Shown here: one piece after another, positions 47,292 through 59,239 of the stretch
How the letters are laid out: every line of letters starts with the position of its first letter
Numbering within the stretch: the first letter of the stretch is position 1
NCBI GenBank assembly: GCA_002269645.1
Contig: NIVC01000732.1
Location: 394,214-458,213, forward strand
DNA from: Macrostomum lignano
Taxonomy: Eukaryota
Length of the DNA stretch: 64,000 nt
Reading direction: 5' to 3'
Notes under the pieces: model-generated
Databases searched by the model: none
The model's input: only the letters and a program-made list of their open reading frames with translations
What the model was told of the DNA's origin: nothing
Made by a program: the position numbers and the translations under genes

Positions 47292-49863
47292 CAGTTCGCA
47301 GACGCCAGTACTCGTCTGGCGGCCGCCACGGTCCAGCTGATCCAATTGAAGGCTACGTTCGAAAGCTGGTGCGCATTCAGAACACTGACAGCTGGTACCT
47401 CATCAGCCTGGGCGACTCGGCCGCCCACCAGACCGACGGCGTCACTGTCGAACTAAAATTTGTCGATCGAATGCGTCGGAAATTCGAATTCACCGTCGAC
47501 AGTTTCCAGATTATTCTGGACTCGCTGCTGACATTTTATCGGCTTCAGCCGAGGCCTACGGCTATCACTGAGCACTTTTATCCTACGGTGATTGCCGAGT
47601 CAGTTAGTGGCAGCTTTGCCGAGGCCTACGCTCACCTGGTCCGGAAGGAGATCTGCACCCGCAATCCTGAAGAAATTCGAGGCGGCGGTCTGTTGAAGTA
47701 CTGCAAACTGCTAGTTGAAGGCTTCCTACCTGCTCAAGGTCTGGACGTTGTCCACCTGGAGAAGTACATGTGCTCCAGGTTCTTTATCGACTTTCCCGAC
47801 TTGAGGAAACAGCGAGCTAAGATTGAGTCTTATTTGACTTCGCACTTTCCGTCTGACAAAGATTTGGAACTGAGTGCTCAGTATCTGCAGGTGAGGCATT
47901 GCGTGTACGATGAGTCTTCTATATTTATTCCTGCTGGCACTCAAATCTGAGCATGGGTTCTGAATGCAGAGATTTTCGGGTTCCGAATGCAGATTATCGG
48001 GCTCTGAATGCAGATTATCGGGTTCTGAATGCAGAGATTATCGGGTTCCGAATGTAGATTATCGGGTTCTGAATGCAGATTATCGGGTTCCGAATGCAGA
48101 TTATCGGGTTCTAAATGCAGAGATTATCGGGTTCTGAATGCAGAGATTATTGGGTTCCGAATGCAGATTATCGGGTTCCGAATGCAGATTATCGGGTTCT
48201 GAATGCAGAGATTTTCGGGTTCTGAATGCAGAGATTATTGGGTTCTGAATGCAGATTATCGGGTTCTGAATGCAGAGATTTTCGGGTTCTGAATGCAGAG
48301 ATTATTGGGTTCCAAATGCAGAGATTATCGGGTTCCAAATGCAGATTATCGGGTTCTGAATGCAGAGATTATCGGGTTCCGAATGCAGAGATTGTCGGGT
48401 TCTGAATGCAGAGATTATCGGGTTCTGAATGCAGAGATTATCGGGTTCTGAATGCAGATTATCGGGTTCTGAATGCAGAGATTTTCGGGTTCTGAATGCA
48501 GAAATTAACAGGTTCTGAATGCAGAGATTATCGGGTTCCAAATGCAGATTATCGGGTTCTGAATGCAGAGATTTTCGGGTTCTGAATGCAGAGATTATTG
48601 GGTTCTGAATGCAGATTATCGGGTTCTGAATGCAGAGATTTTCGGGTTCTGAATGCAGAGATTATTGGGTTCCAAATGCAGACTATCGGGTTCTGAATGC
48701 AGAGATTATCGGGTTCTGAATGCAGAGATTTTCGGGTTCTGAATGCAGAGATTAACAGGTTCTGAATGCAGATTATCGGGTTCTGAATGCAGATTATCGG
48801 GTTCTTGATTATCGGGTTCCGAATGCAGATTATCGGGTTCTGAATGCAGAGATTATCGGGTTCTGAATGCAGAGATTTTCGGGTTCTGAATGCAGAGATT
48901 AACAGGTTCTGAATGCAGATTATCGGGTTCTGAATGCAGATTATCGGGTTCTTGATTATCGGGTTCCGAATGCAGATTATCGGGTTCTGAATGCAGAGAT
49001 TATCGGGTTCTGAATGCAGAGATTATTGGGTTCCGAATGCAGATTATCGGGTTCTGAATGCAGAGATTATCGGGTTCTTGATTATCGGGTTCCGAATGCA
49101 GATTATCGGGTTCTGAATGCAGAGATTATCGGGTTCTGAATGCAGAGATTATTGGGTTCCGAATGCAGATTATCGGGTTCTGAATGCAGAGATTATCGGG
49201 TTCTGAATGCAGAGATTATTGGGTTCCAAATGCAGATTATCGGGTTCTGAATGCAGAGATTATTGGGTTCCAAATGCAGATTATCGGGTTCTGAATGCAG
49301 AGATTTTCGGGTTCTGAATGCAGAGATTATGGCGATAACTATCACAACTGAACAGTTGTTGCAAGATAAATGAATTCCAATACGTACATCTGCAGGTGCT
49401 GCACGAGGTTGTGAAGAGCTCCACCGTGTGTCTGATGCAGCAGGAGCGTCGCAGCACCCTGTATTTGATCTCAGATCTGCTTGGCGAAATCTGCCTACAA
49501 ATTGAAGCGCGCAGCAATGTGATCGCATTGGAACCGTTTAATGGCGACAACTGGGTGCTGGACCAGGTGTTCTATGGCACTCGGTACTTTCCGACTCATC
49601 TGACAGCCGGCATAGCGGCAGTGCGGGTGGCGGCGACATCTGCTGGCTCATCGCCGACTAGCGCTGACGAACTGTTTGGCTACAGCTGCATCGTGTCCAC
49701 CAGCGACGGTCACGTGAGTTATCTGTCTAACGCGGCTGCCGCTGCAATGGTTGCCGCTCAATCATCTTCGTCGACAACAATGTCGCCTTCGTCGTCGCGG
49801 CCTCAATCGCCGGAATCTCTGTCGCCGCCACTGCCGACTCTGGCTGAGTCTACCGCTAATTGA
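41766..49863 (+). CDS. TENT5: Terminal nucleotidyltransferase 5 (FAM46) non-canonical poly(A) polymerase, 519 aa; exons 41766-42054, 47088-47890, 49396-49863
   Basis: FAM46 motifs VLCYEQVLRL...IHGRG...DLRLNGG, YNDLDLLF (catalytic DxD), YVRKLVRI..TDSWYLISL, VELKFVDRMRRKFEFTVDSFQI, EEIRGGGLLKYC, YMCSRFFIDF and STVCLMQQERR. Junctions G|GTAAGC, aacag|GC, CAG|GTGAGG and tgcag|GTG are phase-consistent. Confidence 0.95.
42640..43805. repeat. GA-rich ~40-43-bp minisatellite (agaagtagatctagggagatggaatgaggcagagggagat) in TENT5 intron 1
   Basis: About 28 units. Confidence 0.95.
45882..46408. repeat. ~31-36-bp minisatellite (ccccctgctggtccttcag[tcag]atggcgccaccat) in TENT5 intron 1
   Basis: About 16 units; length variants keep ORFs open in three plus frames. 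Confidence 0.95.
47955..49330. repeat. 21/23-bp minisatellite (gggttctgaatgcag[ag]attatc) in TENT5 intron 2
   Basis: About 60 units filling almost the whole intron. Confidence 0.96.
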
Positions 49864-49971
49864 TGCTTTGTGTGGTTCTGGGCTGTCAACTCGTTTATTG
49901 ATTCACTCACTATTATAGGAACGTTTTGGTCTGCAGGTTGTTTAATTTAGATCTAGTTGTGGCCTATGAAT

Positions 49972-52880
49972 TGTAATCTGTAGATCTATGGGTCAGTGTA
50001 ATATCCCAAGGTTTGTAATCTGTAGATCAATGGGTCAGTGTAATATCCCAAGGTTTGTAATCTGTAGATCAATGGGTCAGTGTAATATCCCAAGGTTTGT
50101 AATCTGTAGATCAATGGGTCAGTGTAATATCCCAAGGTTTGTAATCTGTAGATCTATGGGTCAGTGTAATATCCCAAGGTTTGTAATCTGTAGATCTATG
50201 GGTCAGTGTAATATCCCAAGGTTTGTAATCTGTAGATCAATGGGTCAGTGTAATATCCCAAGGTTTGTAATCTGTAGATCAATGGGTCAGTGTAATATCC
50301 CAAGGTTTGTAATCTGTAGATCAATGGGTCAGTGTAATATCCCAAGGTTTGTAATCTGTAGATCTATGGGTCAGTGTAATATCCCAAGGTTTGTAATCTG
50401 TAGATCAATAGGTCAGTGTAATATCCCAAGGTTTGTAATCTGTAGATCAATGGGTCAGTGTAATATCCCAAGGTTTGTAATCTGTAGATCAATGGGTCAG
50501 TGTAATATCCCAAGGTTTGTAATCTGTAGATCAATGGGTCAGTGTAATATCCCAAGGTTTGTAATCTGTAGATCAATGGGTCAGTGTAATATCCCAAGGT
50601 TTGTAATCTGTAGATCAATGGGTCAGTGTAATATCCCAAGGTTTGTAATCTGTAGATCAATGGGTCAGTGTAATATCCCAAGGTTTGTAATCTGTAGATC
50701 AATGGGTCAGTGTAATATCCCAAGGTTTGTAATCTGTAGATCAATGGGTCAGTGTAATATCCCAAGGTTTGTAATCTGTAGATCAATGGGTCAGTGTAAT
50801 ATCCCAAGGTTTGTAATCTGTAGATCAATGGGTCAGTGTAATATCCCAAGGTTTGTAATCTGTAGATCAATGGGTCAGTGTAATATCCCAAGGTTTGTAA
50901 TCTGTAGATCAATGGGTCAGTGTAATATCCCAAGGTTTGTAATCTGTAGATCAATGGGTCAGTGTAATATCCCAAGGTTTGTAATCTGTAGATCAATGGG
51001 TCAGTGTAATATCCCAAGGTTTGTAATCTGTAGATCTATGGGTCAGTGTAATATCCCAAGGTTTGTAATCTGTAGATCAATGGGTCAGTGTAATATCCCA
51101 AGGTTTGTAATCTGTAGATCAATGGGTCAGTGTAATATCCCAAGGTTTGTAATCTGTAGATCAATGGGTCAGTGTAATATCCCAAGGTTTGTAATCTGTA
51201 GATCTATGGGTCAGTGTAATATCCCAAGGTTTGTAATCTGTAGATCAATGGGTCAGTGTAATATCCCAAGGTTTGTAATCTGTAGATCAATGGGTCAGTG
51301 TAATATCCCAAGGTTTGTAATCTGTAGATCAATGGGTCAGTGTAATATCCCAAGGTTTGTAATCTGTAGATCAATGGGTCAGTGTAATATCCCAAGGTTT
51401 GTAATCTGTAGATCAATGGGTCAGTGTAATATCCCAAGGTTTGTAATCTGTAGATCAATGGGTCAGTGTAATATCCCAAGGTTTGTAATCTGTAGATCAA
51501 TGGGTCAGTGTAATATCCCAAGGTTTGTAATCTGTAGATCTATGGGTCAGTGTAATATCCCAAGGTTTGTAATCTGTAGATCAATGGGTCAGTGTAATAT
51601 CCCAAGGTTTGTAATCTGTAGATCTATGGGTCAGTGTAATATCCCAAGGTTTGTAATCTGTAGATCTATGGGTCAGTGTAATATCCCAAGGTTTGTAATC
51701 TGTAGATCTATGGGTCAGTGTAATATCCCAAAGTTTGTTATCTGTAGATCAATGGGTCAGTGTAATATCCCAAAGTTTGTTATCTGTATATCAATGGGTC
51801 AGTGTAATATCCCAAGGTTTAGTAATCTGTAGATCTATGGGTCAGTGTAATATCCCAAGGTTTAGTAATCTGTAGATCTATGGGTCAGTGTAATATCCCA
51901 AGGTTTAGTAATCTGTAGATCTATGGGCCAGTGTAATATGCCAGGGTTTGTAATCTGTAGATCTATGGGTCAGTGTAATATCCCAAGGTTTGTAATCTGT
52001 AGATCTATGGGTTTGTGTAATATCCCAAAGTTTGTTATCTGTATATCAATGGGTCAGTGTAATATCCCAAGGTTTAGTAATCTGTAGATCTATGGGTCAG
52101 TGTAATATCCCAAGGTTTAGTAATCTGTAGATCTATGGGTCAGTGTAATATCCCAAGGTTTAGTAATCTGTAGATCTATGGGCCAGTGTAATATGCCAGG
52201 GTTTGTAATCTGTAGATCAATGGGTCAGTGTAATATCCCAAGGTTTGTAATCTGTAGATCAATGGGTCAGTGTAATATGCCAGGGTTTGTAATCTGTAGA
52301 TCAATGGGTCAGTGTAATATGCCAGGGTTTGTAATCTGTAGATCAATGGGTCAGTGTAATATCCCAAGGTTTGTAATCTGTAGATCAATGGGTCAGTGTA
52401 ATATCCCAAGGTTTGTAATCTGTAGATCAATGGGTCAGTGTAATATCCCAAGGTTTGTAATCTGTAGATCTATGGGTCAGTGTAATATCCCAAGGTTTGT
52501 AATCTGTAGATCAATGGGTCAGTGTAATATGCCAGGGTTTGTAATCTGTAGATCAATGGGTCAGTGTAATATCCCAAGGTTTGTAATCTGTAGATCAATG
52601 GGTCAGTGTAATATCCCAAGGTTTGTAATCTGTAGATCAATGGGTCAGTGTAATATCCCAAGGTTTGTAATCTGTAGATCAATGGGTCAGTGTAATATCC
52701 CAAGGTTTGTAATCTGTAGATCAATGGGTCAGTGTAATATCCCAAGGTTTGTAATCTGTAGATCTATGGGTCAGTGTAATATCCCAAGGTTTGTAATCTG
52801 TAGATCAATGGGTCAGTGTAATATGCCAGGGTTTGTAATCTGTAGATCAATGGGTCAGTGTAATATGCCAGGGTTTGTAG
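49972..52880. repeat. Highly homogeneous 42-bp satellite (gggtcagtgtaatatcccaaggtttgtaatctgtagatcaat) starting ~110 nt after the TENT5 stop
   Basis: About 69 units. The 42-nt period explains the MGQCNIPRFVICRS pseudo-ORF. Confidence 0.98.
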
Positions 52881-53366
52881 TCTTGTAGATTTACGAGAAG
52901 ATTCGTATGGGGGATGTAATATCCCAATTCTGAATCCCTAGACCAGGGATCTGTAAATAAAGATTCTCATTGGCTTACATAATCCATAAGCATGATATAA
53001 TCAAGACTCAATTTATCATTGCAAACAAATTATCCGGTGTCTGCTCATTCACGACTATATATATGTGTTTAATATTTTCGTTATTTTGTGATTGCGTCAT
53101 CTCCGCTCCTAAACTGTTGAAAAACTATGCGTTTAATAAAGTTACTATGGCAATAATTCTTTGCACAAGTATTCAATTACTTGGGTGACTATAATTTTAC
53201 CTTTTTTGTCCACCATTGGTTCGTGCGCGTGTTCACTACAAAATTAGTCTCTTGGCGTAATTTTTCTGTACTTGGTTTTTTTCCTGTTCGTTTGCAAGCT
53301 CTGCGTTTCTTTTTTGCCGTTTTTTCAGTTTTTTATATACAGTTGGTACTTGTATTTTTCTTGTGT

Positions 53367-53895
<529 letters not shown>

Positions 53896-54799
53896 GCAAC
53901 TGTTGTCATTCCATTTTTGCGCAATATGTTTTCCAGAATAGAGAGTTGTACATACTTACAGATAAATATGACTATTATCAGTCCTGATTCATTCTTATTA
54001 TAATTGTGTCTTTCGTCCGTTACACAAGTCTTTTTTGTTAACGACCTTGTCATTTACTTGACGTGCTGACCCGTGTTTCAGTTGTCTACCAGTTTTGTTT
54101 CGTATTTTTTCCTTGTTGAAAGAGTTGCTATTTTCATTCTGTTTGTGCGGATTTCTTTGTTAAATGATTATATATTATAAATATTTTTTGAAGTTTTTTT
54201 GTATTAACTTAGTTTTGCAGATAATTGGAAGCTTCGGTGTCCAAAACTTGTCACATCTTAATCTCACGCTTTCGCTGTTCCACTTTGATCGTTTTTGTGC
54301 GTTCGTTTGGCCAAGTCGTTGGAACATTGTGTAGCTAGTTAATGTGTTTGAATTTTGAAATCATATCTAATTCCTATATTGTCAGGCTTCTTAAAATCGG
54401 CAATCCAATACATTCGCAGCAACTGTTTAACCTTTTTTGTCATCTATCAAATATCATTATTAATCTCTAGCGGCGTTTGCACCATCTGAAGGTGTGAAAA
54501 TTTCACAAGAACTACTTTATTGTTGTTATAACTAATTAAGTTTGCTTCTCCTCATATTTCTCGGTATTTTTTAATGTTAACTACTGATAGTAATTCAAAT
54601 GAATGTATATTCTATTTTGCGTTATGTGCGTTAATTGTTTTTTCAGTGGGTCGCTGTTGCTGTGTTCCAATAACAATTAAAATTAGGTGTTTAATAAATA
54701 TAAATACCAAAATTACCACTCTCGCGCTGTTAAAGCTTATTTATTACTCATTATATGTCATAAATTCTCTCACAACGCGCTTAACTCTATTTTTTAATA

Positions 54800-55030
54800 T
54801 AATAATAATAATATAATAATAATAATAATAATATATTACACCTGTCCTAATCGGCAGACGTGCAACCGACAGCTCAGCCGCAGCTATTGCGCGGCTCATC
54901 TGAAGGCTGCGTATGGCTGTTCTATCCAAGGGCTGGGAGGTCGCCACACAGCCTCAATTACCCCAGCTAATGCTGGCACCCATTTTACAGCTGGGTGAAC
55001 TGAAGCAATGCAGAGTTAAGTGTTTTTACT
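54800..55030 (-). mobile_element. CORE-SINE-like remnant with (ATT)n tail
   Basis: 54979-55021 cccattttacagctgggtgaactgaagcaatgcagagttaagt resembles, from memory, the MIR/CORE consensus cccattttacagatgaggaaactgaggcacagagaggttaagt. (AAT)n at 54800-54835 would be the 3' tail. No tRNA head is recognisable. Confidence 0.55.
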
Positions 55031-55114
55031 ATGCTTATTTTGATATTCTGATTCCTAATAGTTTAAATAAGCGTACGAGTTATTGTGTCCTAGTAACCAG
55101 GGGTAAAGCATTTT

Positions 55115-56548
55115 GAATGGATTGCTAGCCTAGCCTGCATGGTTAAAGGAGTAGAATGGATTGCTAATCTATAGCCTAGACAAACAAGAGAATAGAATGG
55201 ATTGCTAATCTATAGCCTAGATAAATGAGGGAATAGAATGGATTGCTAATCTATAGTCTGCATAAATGAGAGAATAGAATGGATTGCTAATCTATAGCCT
55301 AGATAAATGAGAGAATAGAATGGATTGCTAATCTATAGCCTGCATAAATGAGGGAATAGAATGGATTGCTAATCTATAGCCTGCATAAATGAGGGAATAG
55401 AATGGATTGCTAATCTATAGCCTGCATAAATGAGGGAATAGAATGGATTGCTAATCTATAGCCTGCATAAATGAGAGAATAGAATGGATTGCTAATCTAT
55501 AGCCTAGATAAATGAGAGAATAGAATGGATTGCTAATCTATAGCCTGCATAAATGAGAGAATAGAATGGATTGCTAATCTATAGTCTGCATAAATGAGAG
55601 AATAGAATGGATTGCTAATCTATAGCCTAGATAAATGAGAGAATAGAATGGATTGCTAATCTATAGCCTAGATAAATGAGAGAATAGAATGGATTGCTAA
55701 TCTATAGCCTGCATAAATGAGGGAATAGAATGGATTGCTAATCTATAGCCTGCATAAATGAGGGAATAGAATGGATTGCTAATCTATAGCCTAGATAAAT
55801 GAGAGAATAGAATGGATTGCTAATCTATAGCCTGCATAAATGAGAGAATAGAATGGATTGCTAATCTATAGCCTGCATAAATGAGGGAATAGAATGGATT
55901 GCTAATCTATAGCCTGCATAAATGAGGGAATAGAATGGATTGCTAATCTATAGCCTGCATAAATGAGGGAATAGAATGGATTGCTAATCTATAGCCTGCA
56001 TAAATGAGAGAATAGAATGGATCAATCTATAGTCTGCATAAGTGAGGGAATAGAATGGATTGCTAATCTATAGCCTGCATAAATGAGAGAATAGAATGGA
56101 TTGCTAATCTATAGTCTGCATAAGTGAGGGAATAGAATGGATTGCTAATCTATAGCCTGCATAAATGAGAGAATAGAATGGATTGCTAATCTATAGCCTG
56201 CATAAATGAGAGAATAGAATGGATTGCTAATCTATAGCCTAGATAAATGAGAGAATAGAATGGATTGCTAATCTATAGCCTGCATAAATGAGAGAATAGA
56301 ATGGATTGCTAATCTATAGTCTGCATAAATGAGGGAATAGAATGGATTGCTAATCTATAGCCTAGATAAATGAGGGAATAGAATGGATTGCTAATCTATA
56401 GCCTGCATAAATGAGGGAATAGAATGGATTGCTAATCTATAGCCTGCATAAATGAGAGAATAGAATGGATTGCTAATCTATAGCCTAGATAAATGAGAGA
56501 ATAGAATGGATTGCTAATCTATAGCCTAGATAAATGAGAGAATAGAAT
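55115..56548. repeat. 41-bp satellite (gaatagaatggattgctaatctatagcct[gc/ag]ataaatga[g/a])
   Basis: 41-nt period, about 34 units. Confidence 0.97.
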
Positions 56549-57174
56549 AAGATTGCCTAGAAAAAAGTAGGGACTGTACAAGTAGTCATTGTCTTGCCTA
56601 ATTATTACAAACCGTATTAAATGCTACTAAATTCTAGTAAATTTAAATATTATCAGTATAATCAACTTCAAAACTTTAACGGTAACAATATTGATTCTAC
56701 TTCTTAGTAGCAATGCTAGCGAATATTTTTTGTCAATGGAGATGCAGAGTACTGAATCGCCTTTATTATTTTAATAAAGTTGAGCTAAATTTAAAGTTAC
56801 TTAATATAAAGGCTCTTATTTGTGTACTTCTAATATGACAGGGTACTTTGCATGCTTATAGCTAACATAGTCTCAGTCATAAGTTTTATGTTTGAGCTAA
56901 GCTATCTAAAATCGGAAATCCAATCCTTGCAATTAACGCATGCCCAGCTGGTCCGGCTGATCTGCGCACTAAAACTCTTTGTTGGATCAGCGCCTTCCGG
57001 TGCTTGAGTCCACACAGACAGGCTGTTTCTATTTTTGTCCCGCTAATGGACAGCCGGTTACGGGGGATGAAGGAATTTTTTAAAACTTGGCTGTAAAAGT
57101 AGACTTAATAAACACGTTTCTAGTAATCTACAGTGTACTATCAAATCATGTTTTGTTATTCTTATCTGGACTAA

Positions 57175-57472
<298 letters not shown>

Positions 57473-59239
57473 TCTACTGTCTGTGTGTTTACGTGGACTT
57501 TTTGGAAGTTCAGTAGCCTCGTTAGCTGGACCAACCGGTGTAGGTAGACCACTTAGGTGGACCACCAAATAATTTTGTCTCTGGTGGGGTTAAGACGTTG
57601 ATGAGGATCTCACATTAATGTCAGGCGGGTCAAGAAAGGCTTAAGCAATTTTGGGATGTCTAGCATGGATTTTTCCAAAGTTATTTGCATTTCAGTTTAG
57701 CTGGACCTCCAGCCTGGTCTACCTAAACCGAGCGAGTCTGGTCCACGTAAACCGAAAAATTTTAGAAAATTTTTCGAAAATCGTCTGTTTGTGTCTGTTT
57801 GTGTCTGTTTGTGTCTGTTTGTGTATAGCAGTTATTAAGCATAGATTCAATGCAAAACTGAATTTTTTACAGATCATTACCTTACGAACAAAGGGCTATG
57901 TTGGCATCATATTATGACCGCTACTGGCTTTAAAACAATATGCGTTCAGTTCTTTGACATTCAAGTAGGTGCGCAGGTTAATTAAAAATTCTGAAACCTC
58001 GTATGCGAAATGAATTTGATACAGTAAACTTTAAACTCCATTTAATTAGCTCAGTTCCAGCAATTCCGGTATCGTACTCTGAGCACAGACTCACAGAGTA
58101 AGACACCAACGTAAAGAAATCCAATTCGCTAACCATATCAAACGATAAAGACTCCGAGACAAGAAAGATATTTAAGTGAAGCTTAAATAGTATTCTTCAA
58201 TGACTTCTCAAGAACTCCCAGTGGTCCTTGATAGCCACACTGTGTAAATGCGAATTTCTGAGGCTCTACCATTACACAAGAAGAAAATAGCAACTTCATG
58301 AATTAAGTGCTTGCCAATTCTATCCTAAACACTATGGGATATCCTGTTCTATCCTCCTCCAATGTTGGAAGAAGAAGATCCTAAGCTGCAGCCTTTCAAG
58401 TGCAAAGTTGAAGATGCAATTTACCTAATTGAAAAGGACAATTCATACATGTACATGCAAAAGATTTGATCAAGAGGACGCAATTAAGAAGGGCCTTTTA
58501 GCTAGCGATCGGGTCTCTGACTCTCTAGCAAAAGGTCGACTTGATTGCGGTCCCAGTAAAACTAAGAACGCATTAACAGTCAGCCTAACACTCACTGTCT
58601 GTTTGGTCCACGTAAACACATGTGCAGGAGTATAGGGTTGGAACAGACAGACAGACAGACCTCCCTTTCTATAATTGGCTGGTTAACACTTAGGAGGATA
58701 GATCCACCCCAACAATGGGACCGACCGCAGCCAATAGGAAACCCGCAAGCGTTCTGAAGGTAAGACAGTGGAGAGAGGGATATATAATGTCTAAGCGGGT
58801 GGTCCACGTAAACCATGGCGTAGTGAGACCAGACACAGACAGTTTAAAAGAAAGTACTTATAATCCATACTATACAACTCTAAAGGATTGCAATTGTATA
58901 GATTAGAACGGTTTTTTAATACTTAATACTTAATACTTAATACTTAATAGGTCTAATGTTAATCCTTACTCCAAGTTTCATCCATATATAAATTTATTGT
59001 GCCAAAAACTGTAATCTACAACCAAGATATGATGACCCGCAAAAAAGGACGCCAAGCCTAAAATAAAAACTAAAAAACACCGTCGCAAAAAGCCACTGCG
59101 AAATCGAAGAAGCCGCATCGCCTGGTGAAAATCATCAGTCTGCTCGCAAATCCGTCGACACCAAGTCCAGAAAAGTGAGTTTCGTTTGATGATCTCAAAG
59201 TAGCTAGCTGCAGGGCCTGCAACTCAATTGCTGTAGAGA

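Noticed and set aside
49972-52880. CAGUGU hexamer in each unit as an iron-responsive element loop
   Set aside because: Flanks (UGGGU / AAUAU) cannot form the required 5-bp upper stem.
49988-52888. 614-aa and 236-aa ORFs of MGQCNIPRFVICRS repeats and the antisense GYYTDPLIYRLQTL ORFs
   Set aside because: Arithmetic consequence of a stop-free 42-bp (14-codon) satellite; no unique domain, and it overlaps the TENT5 3' region.
58329-58470. Protein-looking 46-aa stretch (TLWDILFYPPPMLEEEDPK...) and a possible exon at 59030-59174
   Set aside because: Short, bounded by stops, no recognisable family and no consistent splice partners in the window.
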